The notes under the pieces were generated by a model that saw only the letters and a list, made by a program, of their open reading frames with translations, searched no databases and had not been told where the DNA came from. A stretch of 64,000 bases of DNA. It comes from Trypanosoma brucei. Taxonomy: Eukaryota. The stretch's first letter is position 1. Every line of letters starts with the position of its first letter. Of this stretch, positions 34,338-45,582 are shown piece by piece. The stretch is taken from contig CH464491.1 in assembly GCA_000002445.1 (NCBI GenBank), positions 3,392,001 to 3,456,000 of the forward strand. Reading direction: 5' to 3'. A program made the position numbers and the translations under genes.

Positions 34338-34787
34338 CTATTTGCTCATCATCATTTTCACGAACTCCTCGTAGTTGATTTGGCCGTCGCCATCAACGTC
34401 AGCCTCGCGGATCATCTCGTCCACCTCCTCATCTGTTAGTTTTTCACCGAGGTTCGTCATGATGTGACGGAGTTCAGCAGCGGAAATGAAACCATTGCCA
34501 TCCTTATCAAAGACACGAAACGCTTCCTTGATTTCTTCCTCGGAATCAGAATCCTGCATCTTGCGCGCCATAAGCGTCAAGAACTCTGGAAAGTCAATAG
34601 TTCCGCTTCCATCCTGATCAACTTCGTTGATCATGTCCTGGAGTTCCGCCTCGGTGGGGTTCTGGCCCAGTGACCGCATCACAGTGCCGAGTTCTTTCGT
34701 CGTAATGGTACCATCACCATCCTTGTCAAATAGCGAGAACGCCTCCTTGAATTCGGAGATCTGCTCGTTGGAGAGTTGATCGGCCAT
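34338..34787 (-). CDS. CAM: Calmodulin, tandem copy 3
   Basis: Identical to copy 1; array period 839 bp. Confidence 0.97.
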   Translation of the reverse strand: MADQLSNEQISEFKEAFSLFDKDGDGTITTKELGTVMRSLGQNPTEAELQDMINEVDQDGSGTIDFPEFLTLMARKMQDSDSEEEIKEAFRVFDKDGNGFISAAELRHIMTNLGEKLTDEEVDEMIREADVDGDGQINYEEFVKMMMSK

Positions 34788-35176
34788 CGTAAATCAAGTG
34801 GATGTTACTTATCAATGTTGCTTTCTTCCTTAGTTGTAACAAAAATAGCTCACTTGGAAAGCAATACGAAGAGAGAGATCTCCATCCATCAGACGCTAAT
34901 GGCCAAGACAGTGGAAAATGGTGCATAGCAAATCCCACTGACAACACAGTGTACTGCAAACTTGCTGTAGATACCTGATTTTCTCTTAGACATAAGGCTT
35001 CCATATCTTGTTTCCACCCTCTCATCTAATCCAATGCTTCCTTTCCTCACCTCGGTACACAACAAACCATCAAACAAGAAGCAGAGCAAGACACGAAGGT
35101 GCAGGCCACACACACATCTCGAAAAATACATAAACGAAGGGAAGCTTATCTACATGTATATTTTAGGAGGCACGGA

Positions 35177-35626
35177 CTATTTGCTCATCATCATTTTCAC
35201 GAACTCCTCGTAGTTGATTTGGCCGTCGCCATCAACGTCAGCCTCGCGGATCATCTCGTCCACCTCCTCATCTGTTAGTTTTTCACCGAGGTTCGTCATG
35301 ATGTGACGGAGTTCAGCAGCGGAGATGAAACCATTGCCATCCTTATCAAAGACACGAAACGCTTCCTTGATTTCTTCCTCGGAATCAGAATCCTGCATCT
35401 TGCGCGCCATAAGCGTCAAGAACTCTGGAAAGTCAATAGTTCCGCTTCCATCCTGATCAACTTCGTTGATCATGTCCTGGAGTTCCGCCTCGGTGGGGTT
35501 CTGGCCCAGTGACCGCATCACAGTGCCGAGTTCTTTCGTCGTAATGGTACCATCACCATCCTTGTCAAATAGCGAGAACGCCTCCTTGAATTCGGAGATC
35601 TGCTCGTTGGAGAGTTGATCGGCCAT
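35177..35626 (-). CDS. CAM: Calmodulin, tandem copy 4 (first in the transcription direction), with one synonymous difference
   Basis: The protein is identical. There is one silent change (atc versus att in the I-S codon pair), and the upstream flank is unique. Confidence 0.97.
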   Translation of the reverse strand: MADQLSNEQISEFKEAFSLFDKDGDGTITTKELGTVMRSLGQNPTEAELQDMINEVDQDGSGTIDFPEFLTLMARKMQDSDSEEEIKEAFRVFDKDGNGFISAAELRHIMTNLGEKLTDEEVDEMIREADVDGDGQINYEEFVKMMMSK

Positions 35627-35978
35627 CGTAAATCAAGTGGATGTTACTTATCAATGTTATTTACCTTCCTTTTTCCTTCACACATGGGAAAAATAAACAG
35701 TGGGAAGTGTGGTATAGAGTCCCACATGCCCTCACAAAGTAGTATAATTCATTCGCATTGCGCTGGGATTGCGTTAAAGGGGTATTGACAATCGTTCATC
35801 CGCGAAAAGTTACGCTTAGTACGAAACGCTGCGGGGCCCGCTAGAAAAACGGGGTTTGCTGCCCCAAGGCGGATGGCGTTTGACAGAGCAGTGCGTACGG
35901 AGTAGAATGCACAGGGACGCGGAGCTTATCGAACGTAAAGGACGCTTGAACACGTATATGCCAACCAGTACGCACGGG

Positions 35979-38900
35979 CTATTTGCGAAGGCCAGTGCTG
36001 ATCCGCTTCAAATTACCTCGGAGTTGCCCTATGACATCATTCATTTCCAGTGACCGTAGGGCGTGTACCTCTGAGGCGTTATCGACATTCAGAGCCATCG
36101 CAGTGAAGTGTTCAATCAAACTAAGAGCCACCTGGCCCTTCTTAGCATTCCCACATGAGAGCTCAGCCCGGTACTTGTACGAGATGACGGAACCCATCGG
36201 CGCACAAACGGCAACCGCATACTCCACACAGTCTCCAGGCTGGGGCTTCGCCGTAAAATGAATCCATTCACGATTAAACTCCGCATCGTTCGCTGCACGC
36301 GTGGCTTCCAAACTCGCAGCCGTTGAATCAATAGCACGAGACCGTGGCTGGGGTTCGCCGGTGCTCGGCTCATTATCTTCACGCGGTGTACGCTCATTGT
36401 CAGCTGGACCGTCACTTCCGCATGAAGGAGACGCGGCAAGCAAATGTCCGGCATCTCCACCTTTAGCAGGAGCCCGCCCCCGCACCTCCCCCACACACTC
36501 CTCGCCCCAAGCTTCACCGCCACAGCGTTCTCCTGCCTCACCAGCAGCGGAAGAGCTCCCTGCTGGTGATGTTCTTACAATTTCATTAGTCTGCTTGGCC
36601 CTCTCACTTGCGAGCAGCTCCAACTGCACCTTTGAAAGTTGGTTACCGTTTAGGAGTGCACCGGTTAAACGATCCTCATCATCCTGATCCTTGTACTTCT
36701 GCTGGATCTTTTTTAACTTCTTCCGCTGGTGCTTCGTCAGCTGCTGCGCCTTTGTTTGAACAGCGGCGGCCCCCTTCACACCACAAACTCCCGTTCCGCG
36801 AGCAGGAGCTGCAGCCACTGAAGGGCTTGCAGCATTTTCAGCGAGCGGCTGCGAGCCCTTCGTCACAACGCTACATGCCGTGCTGTGCTGCTGCTGATGT
36901 GTGTTTTGCCGATGCCGTCGATTTGCCTGAAGTTGAGGAAGTGGCCGCAGAGCCGTAGCGGCGTCGCGTTCAAGGAAGCAGTTATCATCACGCCCTAAGG
37001 CCATGTTCTTGTCACCCTCGCTTGAATGGTGGCTGACACCATGTGGTTGACGAGGGCCATCTGGGACGTAATTCGGCAGCTCTTCACGCTCGCGGGGATC
37101 AATAGCGCGCGAAGAAATGCGGAAGAGCAGCCCGCACCCTAACATCAAGGGCCGAGGCCTCAAATAATTCTTCTCTCCGCTGAGCAAGTAACACCCCGCG
37201 GCGGTACCTCCAACAATTTGTGAAGCATGCACCCACCACGCGCCGACACTGAACTTACTCTCCCACGCTGAGCTTCGGCAAACGCACCATGCAGCAGCCT
37301 CATCGAGGCTTATCATATGGATCAGCCACCCTTTGGTGGACTCACCTACCTGAATGCTGTTTTCCTCAGATTCACCTTCCCCGAAAGCGGTGGAGGCATC
37401 CCACGCTGAACCCGCGGCTCTCAGGATGCACGGCAACCCTCCCTCCACATCGCTATGCACAAAGACGTCACCAAGGCGCATGATACGACGTACCAACAAC
37501 TCAGTCGACTGTGTATCGTGCCCTTGTAGCACCAAATCCCCACACGATGTACGGAACCAATTAAATTTTTCCCACCAACAACGGTGTCGCTCTGTTGCGA
37601 TAGCTTTCTTCGTCTGTTTCTTCGCAGCCAATCTCTCGCCCTTTTTTTCTGCTCCTGCCGCCGCTTTGGCGGTAGCGGCAATAGTTTTTTCGAGCTTGGC
37701 GCGATTAGCTTTTTTCTGCGTAAAGTAGGAGGCGGCATTTGCATAGGCGGTTTTGCTCAAATCAACCTCAATCACAGATGGGGTCCGACTGCAGCCCTCT
37801 ACCCTGTCCTTTTTTTCACCGCTGTTTCCACCATACCGGTGATTCTCGCCCTTTCCCCCCACTTTCACTTTACTTTCTTCGTCCTCATAACATTCGACAT
37901 CCTCATCATTTTCTTCCACAAGCACAGATATGCTGTTGCGGTCAAGGAAGAGTTCGTGCACCATGTAGGCCACTGGATGGCCCTCGGCGTGTCGCTGCTT
38001 CAGTAAACGCCGCAGCGCCTCCCACTGAATTCCAGCAGCTAGTGCGCCATTAATTAGACCAATTGCCTCGTCAATCTTTTCAGCGTTCTGGATGATGAGT
38101 TCGCCCTTACGGGTGTTCTCCTCCTCGGAGCGCTCGAGGGCGGCGATGCGACGGTTGTGGTCGCGCTCGAATTTCTCCTTCTTGGAAAGTACGCAGGTTG
38201 TCGCTCTGTCATTATGCTGTTCAATCTTCTCCTTCTCGGTGTATAGGAAGAAAGCATCACATACACTGCCAAAGCTTGGGAGGTAGGACGCCGAAACGGC
38301 ATCCCCACGATACTGCGCGAGCAAAACAGGACTGAAGTCCTCGTACTGCACTCCCTGAAGGTGCGGCCGAGGCTGCTTCTCCACCCCACTACCCGCCTCT
38401 CCGCCGTCAGCCGTTGTACCGACACCCGCATCTACATGCGGTGGCGCCTTCCCCCGCTCTTGAGTCCCTCGACCCTTGGTGGCCGCGGTTTTGCTGATCA
38501 GGTAGCCACCTGTGGGCAAAGGAGAGAAGGCGAAGCGCCAGGCTTCTAACATTCCAGGAAGCAGCTTTTCGAACATTTCGTCCCCGCTGCACGTCATGTT
38601 AGCTTTCTTCACGCTCTTCACGCCAGTAACTGTCAAAATATGATCGGCGAGTGACGGACCAAAGTGATGTGTGGCAGAGAGTGTTGATCGCGTTGTCTCG
38701 TATTCCGCATGCCGAGTAAACACTGCGCCCCATTCTCGTCGCAGTGCTTCAACACGTTGCGCCCCTTCAGTGAGCTGCTGGCACTCTTCCTCCTGTTGCT
38801 GTTCAAATGACTTTGTCACAGGGTATAATTCACGCACAAACATGTTGACCCCGTCGTCCTTATGTGCACGAAGTAAGAGCATTATGCGGTACTCGTGGTC

Positions 38901-39281
38901 TGTTAGTACAATGTTACCCTTTGAAAAGAGCTCCACAATTATGTGATACGACGCACCCTCCGCTACACCGAAGCGAAAGTCCACCGTTCTGTCGTGTTGA
39001 AGTTGCGTCACAGAATCAAGCCGCCATGCACGTACATGCTTTCGCAACCTTAGTGTGAACTGCGTGGGCACTTTTGGCTTCTCGCGCACCAACTGAGTTA
39101 AGTGCAGCCGCACACCGTTCTCCAGAAGTAAAGTCCTTTTCTTCTCGCTATTTCCAAATTTAAACAGAAAGGTCCTTGGGGGAATGTCATATACGTTCGT
39201 CAACCGGAGACCCTGAAGCTCAGTCCGCATTTCCTCCACAGAAGCGCGAACATCAAGCGCCGTCATGCGCTGTTTCACCAT
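35979..39281 (-). CDS. NEMF: NEMF / Rqc2 / Tae2 homologue (ribosome quality control complex; NFACT domain)
   Basis: The N-terminus MVKQRMTALDVRASVEEMRTELQGLRLTNVYDIPPRTFLFKF...LLLENGVRLHLT...RLRKHVRAWRLDSVTQLQHDRTVDFRFG...YHIIVELFSKGNIVLTD aligns by eye with human NEMF (MKSRFSTIDLRAVLAEL...VNNVYD...LLLESGIRIHTT...IVDFQFG...YHLIIELYDRGNIVLTD). The ORF-track start at 39299 is a TTG; the ATG is at 39281. Confidence 0.85.
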   Translation of the reverse strand: MVKQRMTALDVRASVEEMRTELQGLRLTNVYDIPPRTFLFKFGNSEKKRTLLLENGVRLHLTQLVREKPKVPTQFTLRLRKHVRAWRLDSVTQLQHDRTVDFRFGVAEGASYHIIVELFSKGNIVLTDHEYRIMLLLRAHKDDGVNMFVRELYPVTKSFEQQQEEECQQLTEGAQRVEALRREWGAVFTRHAEYETTRSTLSATHHFGPSLADHILTVTGVKSVKKANMTCSGDEMFEKLLPGMLEAWRFAFSPLPTGGYLISKTAATKGRGTQERGKAPPHVDAGVGTTADGGEAGSGVEKQPRPHLQGVQYEDFSPVLLAQYRGDAVSASYLPSFGSVCDAFFLYTEKEKIEQHNDRATTCVLSKKEKFERDHNRRIAALERSEEENTRKGELIIQNAEKIDEAIGLINGALAAGIQWEALRRLLKQRHAEGHPVAYMVHELFLDRNSISVLVEENDEDVECYEDEESKVKVGGKGENHRYGGNSGEKKDRVEGCSRTPSVIEVDLSKTAYANAASYFTQKKANRAKLEKTIAATAKAAAGAEKKGERLAAKKQTKKAIATERHRCWWEKFNWFRTSCGDLVLQGHDTQSTELLVRRIMRLGDVFVHSDVEGGLPCILRAAGSAWDASTAFGEGESEENSIQVGESTKGWLIHMISLDEAAAWCVCRSSAWESKFSVGAWWVHASQIVGGTAAGCYLLSGEKNYLRPRPLMLGCGLLFRISSRAIDPREREELPNYVPDGPRQPHGVSHHSSEGDKNMALGRDDNCFLERDAATALRPLPQLQANRRHRQNTHQQQHSTACSVVTKGSQPLAENAASPSVAAAPARGTGVCGVKGAAAVQTKAQQLTKHQRKKLKKIQQKYKDQDDEDRLTGALLNGNQLSKVQLELLASERAKQTNEIVRTSPAGSSSAAGEAGERCGGEAWGEECVGEVRGRAPAKGGDAGHLLAASPSCGSDGPADNERTPREDNEPSTGEPQPRSRAIDSTAASLEATRAANDAEFNREWIHFTAKPQPGDCVEYAVAVCAPMGSVISYKYRAELSCGNAKKGQVALSLIEHFTAMALNVDNASEVHALRSLEMNDVIGQLRGNLKRISTGLRK

Positions 39282-39769
39282 GTCCGCTTGTGAGGCCAAA
39301 GGTCACTTCCCCCGCCAGCCGTCTTGCCCCGAGATCCTCCTCCCTTCAATCAGATGAGGGCGTGAGCCACAACCCCCAGAGTGTTTGTTCTTCCTACTGT
39401 GATAACGAGAAAGGTGGTGCGAGGACGAGGAAGAAGTAAACCCTAGTACTTATAATTAGATACAAGAACGGCTATTACGATGCTAACGAAATAGTGCATT
39501 TCCAATACTCTTTTCACAACGCGTGCCTCGCGGTAACCTCCCCTCAATTACGAGATGCTTTCCTCTCTGACTACGCCTATAGAAACTTCCACTTGAGTGC
39601 AAACACGATTACAACGGGTGGTGACCTGGCACCTCCTCCACCACCCTCTGCCAGATCGGTTTCTTCACGTAGCAACATGGCAAACTATAAATTCATCCAA
39701 TGGGATCCTTTGTGCGCCCCCCCCCCTCACAGCAGATGCTGCCTGAACCCGGATATCACAAGAGCCATC

Positions 39770-41407
39770 TCATACCCCCTCGACCGGCCAAACCTCTCCT
39801 AACCGCTTCATCAAGCCGTCCACGTCTTCTGCGGTCATACCAACACCACAGGCCAACACAAGCAACGGGCAAGAGGGTGTCTCATCCGTATGCATACCGT
39901 AATTTCTGAACGAATGACCACAGAGCCGAGTCACGTTGTCACTAGGAAGTACAACTCGCGGCCCTGTCACCCCTTTCCGAAACAAACGTGCACCAACTGC
40001 AGCAGCAGTTGAAGGGCTCCCAACAGTGCGCATAGTTATGGCAAAGCTGATGTCGTTACGTTGTGGCCTCTCCACCCCATCGCACCCAGCTTCGCCACTT
40101 GGGGGCACTGCCGCGACAAAATCACCACTAGCACCGTCAACATCACATTGCGCATCGAACTCATCCAAAAGCAATTCTCCCCGTGCCCCCGCAAACCCTT
40201 TCAGTTGGTTCTGGAGAGACCTCCTCAGTAGGTACCGCGTGTCCCATAACTTTTTGAACCCGCTTCGGCCTAGACTCAGCGCAGTGATGAAAAGGTCAAT
40301 CACTGGAGACGCGCTTGCTCGGCCCGCGTATAAAGAAGTGGCACGTGCCACGGCGGTCTTGCCACCACTTAGTACAGCCCCACCTACAGGGACGAGAAAA
40401 TTTTTGTCCCCAGATTGCACGATGAGATCCACACGACCCAGTCGAATGGCGGCATCTAACTTATGCATGATGGTGCGGCTTTGCACACCATAAGCGTTGT
40501 TCACAACATATGGAATATCAAGTGCTTTGCATAGCTTTGCGATGGCAACAACATCATCGGGCAGCCGCGGCGCAAAGCAGCTCGTCGTGGACAAGACGCA
40601 CAGCACGTGCTTAGGGCCCCCAACGCGTTCAATTGCAGCAGCGACATCGTCTACATGGGCCTCCAAAAAGTAAGAATGAAGTAGGGTCTCTGCTGTCCCC
40701 AGTCCCTCCTTGCTTTGCATCCGTCGCAGCACAGGGGCACGCCGCAGTGGCACGACCATGGGCACAAAGCCAGATAGCTCGATGCACTTTAGGGCTGTCT
40801 TCTGGTCAATGCGAGTCCAAATGACATAGCGAGGAACAGCCGAATCATCACCTCTGGTACGAAGGCCAGCATGCAACTTTTCCTGTTCCTCTTCAGTGTG
40901 ACCCTTGCTGTCGAATCGCAGCTCCTCTACCCGATGATGAAAGATACTGCGAAGCGCCAACGCAATGGTCATACCGGTTGCCATGGGAATCACAGCAGCG
41001 CTTGCAAGTGACGGGGTCCCCGCCTGTCGCAGCAAGTCGAGCATCATGTGATTCACCAACTTGTACATCACACTTGACCCGGCTGCCTTCGGTTGATCGC
41101 TGCAGATGTCACCGGAACGCCCGATGCCGTGGGTGAGGCTGTAGTGGCGCCTCGCAACCAATACCGAAGCAACGCGTCCCTCTCGCTCTCCAGCACCAAC
41201 ATGTATACTAAAGTTGTTCGTATCCATCACGGCAAGTTGCTGCATTATCAATTCAATTGCACAGTCGTGCAGGCCTTCTTCCGGGCAGCGGCGCTGGGCA
41301 ATAATTGCACGCACCGTGCGTTCAACCGAGTGCAGTGACTCTACGCCGGTTTGTACATACCGCGGCGTAACGAAAGACTCCGCCAACTCAAATGACCGCT
41401 CATCCAT
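39770..41407 (-). CDS. SEPSECS: O-phosphoseryl-tRNA(Sec) selenium transferase (SepSecS, SLA/LP)
   Basis: It is near-collinear with human SepSecS by eye: ERSFELAESFVTPRYVQ, MDTNNF, GVGEREGRVAS-LVARRHY, HGIGRSGD, QPKAAGSS, PMATGM, TTSCFAPR, NNAYGVQS, DKNF-VPVGGA, YPGRASASP. The start at 41407 is an ATG. Confidence 0.9.
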   Translation of the reverse strand: MDERSFELAESFVTPRYVQTGVESLHSVERTVRAIIAQRRCPEEGLHDCAIELIMQQLAVMDTNNFSIHVGAGEREGRVASVLVARRHYSLTHGIGRSGDICSDQPKAAGSSVMYKLVNHMMLDLLRQAGTPSLASAAVIPMATGMTIALALRSIFHHRVEELRFDSKGHTEEEQEKLHAGLRTRGDDSAVPRYVIWTRIDQKTALKCIELSGFVPMVVPLRRAPVLRRMQSKEGLGTAETLLHSYFLEAHVDDVAAAIERVGGPKHVLCVLSTTSCFAPRLPDDVVAIAKLCKALDIPYVVNNAYGVQSRTIMHKLDAAIRLGRVDLIVQSGDKNFLVPVGGAVLSGGKTAVARATSLYAGRASASPVIDLFITALSLGRSGFKKLWDTRYLLRRSLQNQLKGFAGARGELLLDEFDAQCDVDGASGDFVAAVPPSGEAGCDGVERPQRNDISFAITMRTVGSPSTAAAVGARLFRKGVTGPRVVLPSDNVTRLCGHSFRNYGMHTDETPSCPLLVLACGVGMTAEDVDGLMKRLGEVWPVEGV

Positions 41408-42054
41408 GAGGCAGACACCAAAGCGCGGCTACGTCACTTTGAAGATCGTGTACTGTGAAAGAGATAAAGAGGAGAAAAGAATGGCACCTTTTGTTCTACC
41501 TTTTCCTCCCCCACTCTGTCACACATGGGTATGAACGGAGGCCCAAACGGGGCACCTTTCCACATCCAATGGCTTTGGTTAATCTCTAAACACTTACCTC
41601 GCCCTTCAACACCACCCCAACAATATCCACGTTATTAATGCAACGGGGAAGTGACAACGCAGCGACGAGGACAGCGAACAAAAACACAGGTGTGCCCCCC
41701 CCAAACAAAAAAAAGGTAAACAACATTTTACGTGTTTGAAACACGCCGGGCACGTGAAGCCGCATGCACCACTGACCTCCTGAATCCTTTTGGGCAGCTT
41801 TCCCTCTGCCCTTCACCGCCCCTCATCTATGGGGACGACGAACAGCCTCAAATGCGCAACAGACGCAGCCGCCCTCTTCCCCTAACTTGCCTCCAGAGAC
41901 ATTAGAAACTCCCATCCTTTATCGAATCGGCGCCCCGGCCGAGCCACTTTGTTCTTTAGGGGGGGGGAGCCCAAGAAAGGAGAAACCCACATGCCACGTT
42001 TATAAACGGGGGCACCTCCTTGCTTTCCCGCGACTGTCTCCCGTAGCGCAGCAC

Positions 42055-43635
42055 TCAGAACAGTAGGGCGGCTAGTGACGCACCGAACCCAATAACACCA
42101 ACGTTTCTTCCGTCAATTCGCGTGCCCGTGCATGCCACACCACAAACAACAGAGCCGCAGGTGTGTACCTGCCGCAGCGCAACGTACGCCCCACCACCAC
42201 CACCGCTACTGCCGTCGACGACTGCGGTTGTTGCATCTGCCATGGTGCAAACATAGAGCTCATTGCCACACGCGAAAAGCACTCTCCCACCTTCCAGCAC
42301 TGTTATACATGCCAGCCCACGCCGGTCCCGAGGCAGAGCGCCAGAACATGGCACATCGAACCCCCACGCAGCCAACTGACGCTGGTCCAACGTGCCTCGT
42401 GCCAACACGGCGGCGCCTGTAATAGCCCACCACCCGGTGGTCCCACGCAGTTGATGTCCATAGCACTCTGCAAGCTGCGTCCCGGCACCAACTACAATGA
42501 TCCGCATCGTTTGCGACATATCATCGAAGAACAATGCAGCGTTATTCACAACTTTGTAGGTTGCCGCACTTACGCCGACTGCCGCCGTACACACGTTGTG
42601 TACCACCGAAGAGAGGCTGTACGCATACAAAACGTGTGGCAGGGCTAGCGAACCATGAGAGCCATCAATTGGTCCTTCACTGTTGTGTTGAAGCATGCCA
42701 AGACCCACAGTGCTGTGCCGGAGCTGCCGCTGCCGGTGGTGCTCGGTTAAGAGTTGAAGGGATCCCCCAACAACACGACGTGCAACGTAGCGTAACTCCC
42801 CGTTGTCAAACACAATTAACAAAGCTATATCCACGGCAAAGGAAGCACGATACCGCTGGGGCACTAGCAAACGCACTACCTCAGAAGCAGTGAACGATGC
42901 GTAGAACGTTTCGTTCACTGGCTTTTCAGTGGGACACGGAGTCCGCTGCCATGAACCTACCGTCTCACGCAGCACGGCTTCTGTTGCATTCGCTCTCAGT
43001 GACTCATTAAAACATTGTGTGTCAATTACAACCACAACTGTAGCAGTGGCAACAGCGACGAACTCAGGCCGACCAGCGGGGTCCAGTCCAACGCACACAT
43101 CCAACACAATGTCGTCGGCAGAGATCAAACCATCCGTGTACTCACAAAGTGAAGCCTCACAAACCTTGCATAGCGCAAGTGCATTGCCACCTGTCCTGCT
43201 CTCAACAACAAAGAGGCATAGCGAGCCCGCACTGGTGCCAACAGCGCACATGGCGGCCGTACCACCGGGAAGTAGTGCAGTGCCTATACACGAGACTAAA
43301 CCGCTAGAAATGGTCAACGTCACTTTCTCACCCGGGACGGTACTGTGTACCGCGACTCCACCCAGGAGTGGGTCGTTGCAAGCCTCACACTCCCCCTCTT
43401 TTGAACACGACTGCAATAAAGACGACAGGGGCTCAACCGAAATAACACTACCTCCCCCTGCTATAACAACAGACCCACTGGGCAACTCAACTGTGGTTAT
43501 GGCAGCCGCTGGATGTGGCAGGGGGCGCGAGCTGGCTTTTCCCAGTGCCGCTGCAGAGAGGTGTGGAAGCTGTGGAACCCCTCCTTTCGCCTCGGACGCA
43601 GCATCCGCTGCAGCAGTGTAGCAAAAACCTTCCAT
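42055..43635 (-). CDS. Hypothetical protein (526 aa; Ala/Gly/Val-rich, possibly a beta-propeller)
   Basis: A long minus-strand ORF with an ATG start at 43635. The composition is coding-like. No family recognised. Confidence 0.4.
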   Translation of the reverse strand: MEGFCYTAAADAASEAKGGVPQLPHLSAAALGKASSRPLPHPAAAITTVELPSGSVVIAGGGSVISVEPLSSLLQSCSKEGECEACNDPLLGGVAVHSTVPGEKVTLTISSGLVSCIGTALLPGGTAAMCAVGTSAGSLCLFVVESRTGGNALALCKVCEASLCEYTDGLISADDIVLDVCVGLDPAGRPEFVAVATATVVVVIDTQCFNESLRANATEAVLRETVGSWQRTPCPTEKPVNETFYASFTASEVVRLLVPQRYRASFAVDIALLIVFDNGELRYVARRVVGGSLQLLTEHHRQRQLRHSTVGLGMLQHNSEGPIDGSHGSLALPHVLYAYSLSSVVHNVCTAAVGVSAATYKVVNNAALFFDDMSQTMRIIVVGAGTQLAECYGHQLRGTTGWWAITGAAVLARGTLDQRQLAAWGFDVPCSGALPRDRRGLACITVLEGGRVLFACGNELYVCTMADATTAVVDGSSGGGGGAYVALRQVHTCGSVVCGVACTGTRIDGRNVGVIGFGASLAALLF

Positions 43636-44367
43636 GAGTTCCTTCTATCAACCCTCACTCACGATAACAATGTATGCTTGCTGAGTGGTGTAAACACAGA
43701 CGCCTCGAGAAGCACAAACTACTCTCCCTAAAGGCATGAAAGGAAACAAGAACAACGTAGGGGGCAGGGTAGCAAGAAAAAAAATAGTTGAGGTACCATT
43801 GTCCTGGACCCATTTACTCTCCTTCAGTAGAATCCCGATTACCGTCACCTATTGCCCCTCGCTCTCCGTATAACCTGCTGCTCGATATATCACCAAAACC
43901 ACCATAACAAACGGTGAACTACCGGCGCATCCAAACTCCACTCGTGTGACATTCGGCACGATATTCTTCCCACGTAACCACTAACGTCGTTAGCGGAAAA
44001 GGACGCACACCACTAGAACGGATAACAAAAAAATTACACAGCAGTATGTAGTGCAACACAAAAGCAAGAAGAAGGGAAAACACTTCCAACAGCATCTTAC
44101 AGCTATCCAAAGTGCCAACATAACAGGAGAAAAATGGGCACGTCGGTTACGAGTTAGTGGATTACCGAAAGTATTAGTATAAATTCTCTTATCACAAAAG
44201 CATAAAGAGGACCTCATTATTTCACCTACGCACTCCGTGGAAAGTAAATTATTACCTCTTACAGTTCTTCGGGCCATTGTATCCTCTGTTCGACGGTGTA
44301 ACATTACTGTGGAGATTCTCCGTTCCCGGTCAACTCGCCTTCGCACCGCATACAACTGGACACCAGA

Positions 44368-45582
44368 CTATTTAAAGACGCGGCCCTCAAGAACGGGTTT
44401 CGGAATGGTCGGACCCTCCCAGCACAGGTAGTCCGTAATTCGTTCCCTTTGGGCGCTCACGTCGGGGATCTCTTCCCAGTCAAACAACTCCGTGTCTTCC
44501 ACATCTTTCACGATCTCCGGCATACCCTTACCCCGGAACACCCACAACGCAACGATGTCGTGCTTCTTCTCTTCCCCGATGATTAGGGCAACCCCAAACG
44601 CGTACTTGCGTGTGTGCTCCATGCGCTGAAACCACCCACGGACGAGGTTCGCTGTCATGAATTGCATCTTGTTATCTTCGTTGTACTTGTAGCGACACCA
44701 GAACGATGTGTACCCAGCCGCGTCGTAGTTTTGGAAGAAGTATGGTGCCGCCACCGTGCGTGTGTCGTTGTTGCTGTACTCGCGCTTGAATGCATCCAGA
44801 ACAAATGGGCTCGGTGGGAGCTCGTCCAGCGGGTTCGGCTTCTTCTTTTCCTTCGGGACATCATCATCATCATCATCCTTCGGAGCGGGCTTGGGAGCCT
44901 TCTCCGCCTTAGGTGCTTGCTGCTCTGCCTTTTTAGCCTTCACTGGCCCGAAAGTTGCACCCTGGGATTTTAGTACTTCCACTGTCTTGGGTTGTTGCAT
45001 CACCGTGTTGTACAATCGGTAGACATTCCTGTACTTCTTTGTCAGGGCTTCACCCTCCGCAGCATTCGCACGGTAGTGAAATTGAAGGGCAAACGCGACG
45101 CAGATGTCTGCGACGGTCAGACGCTCACCAACCAGGAATGTGCGCGTCTCCAGCCATGTCTCAAGGCCACCAAACACCTCGTGCACGGAATCCATCGCAT
45201 CGACTGGGATGGGCACACCGCGGTATATGTTTAAACCAAATGGCTTTGCGGCAGTATCGAGTTCCGTTGCGGCGAAATCCAACCACATGTCCACCTGGCT
45301 GCCCTCAAAGGGTGTGCGGCCGTACAGAAAACTGCCGCTTTTGTCAAGTCGTGCGATGTGTCGGACGATCGCGTTTGACTCGAAGATACATCCGTCCTCC
45401 GTCTGGAGCACAGGGTAGCGGCAGCACGGACTGCAGTTGCGGCGATACTCCTCCGTCTCGTTCTCTCGCCCATATTCACACGCCTTCACCGTCACAGGAA
45501 CGTTTGCAAAGGCAGCAACCACCAGTAGCTTGAGGTTGCGGGCGTTTTCGTGGTGTGGCTGAAACCAGAGTGTGAGAGACAT
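44368..45582 (-). CDS. EF1G: Translation elongation factor 1-gamma (GST-like N-terminus plus EF1G C-terminal domain)
   Basis: The N-terminal GST fold is NLKLLVVAAFANVPV...FESNAIVRHIA. The C-terminal EF1G domain is FVLDAFKREYSNND...FWCRYKYNEDNKMQFMTANLVRGWFQRMEHTRKYAFGV...WVFRG. The ATG at 45582 gives 404 aa; the ORF track extends upstream without an ATG. Confidence 0.9.
   Translation of the reverse strand: MSLTLWFQPHHENARNLKLLVVAAFANVPVTVKACEYGRENETEEYRRNCSPCCRYPVLQTEDGCIFESNAIVRHIARLDKSGSFLYGRTPFEGSQVDMWLDFAATELDTAAKPFGLNIYRGVPIPVDAMDSVHEVFGGLETWLETRTFLVGERLTVADICVAFALQFHYRANAAEGEALTKKYRNVYRLYNTVMQQPKTVEVLKSQGATFGPVKAKKAEQQAPKAEKAPKPAPKDDDDDDVPKEKKKPNPLDELPPSPFVLDAFKREYSNNDTRTVAAPYFFQNYDAAGYTSFWCRYKYNEDNKMQFMTANLVRGWFQRMEHTRKYAFGVALIIGEEKKHDIVALWVFRGKGMPEIVKDVEDTELFDWEEIPDVSAQRERITDYLCWEGPTIPKPVLEGRVFK

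Larger units (their letters stand above)
32620..35640. repeat. Head-to-tail tandem array of four 839-bp calmodulin gene units
   Basis: Exact repeat spacing: 33109, 33948, 34787, 35626. The inter-genic spacers are near-identical, and the spacer 34788-35176 carries a few SNPs. Confidence 0.95.

Noticed and set aside
32786-35512. Repeated 69-, 99- and 80-aa ORFs antisense to or between the calmodulin copies (and 76- and 170/188-aa ORFs antisense to ubi-EP52)
   Set aside because: They are duplicated only because the underlying calmodulin and ubiquitin units are duplicated. They lie antisense or intergenic and have no protein-like features.
32620-35640. A regularly spaced direct-repeat array that could be mistaken for a CRISPR-like structure
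   Set aside because: The repeat unit is an 839-bp complete eukaryotic gene (calmodulin) plus spacer. This is a nuclear tandem gene array, not a CRISPR.
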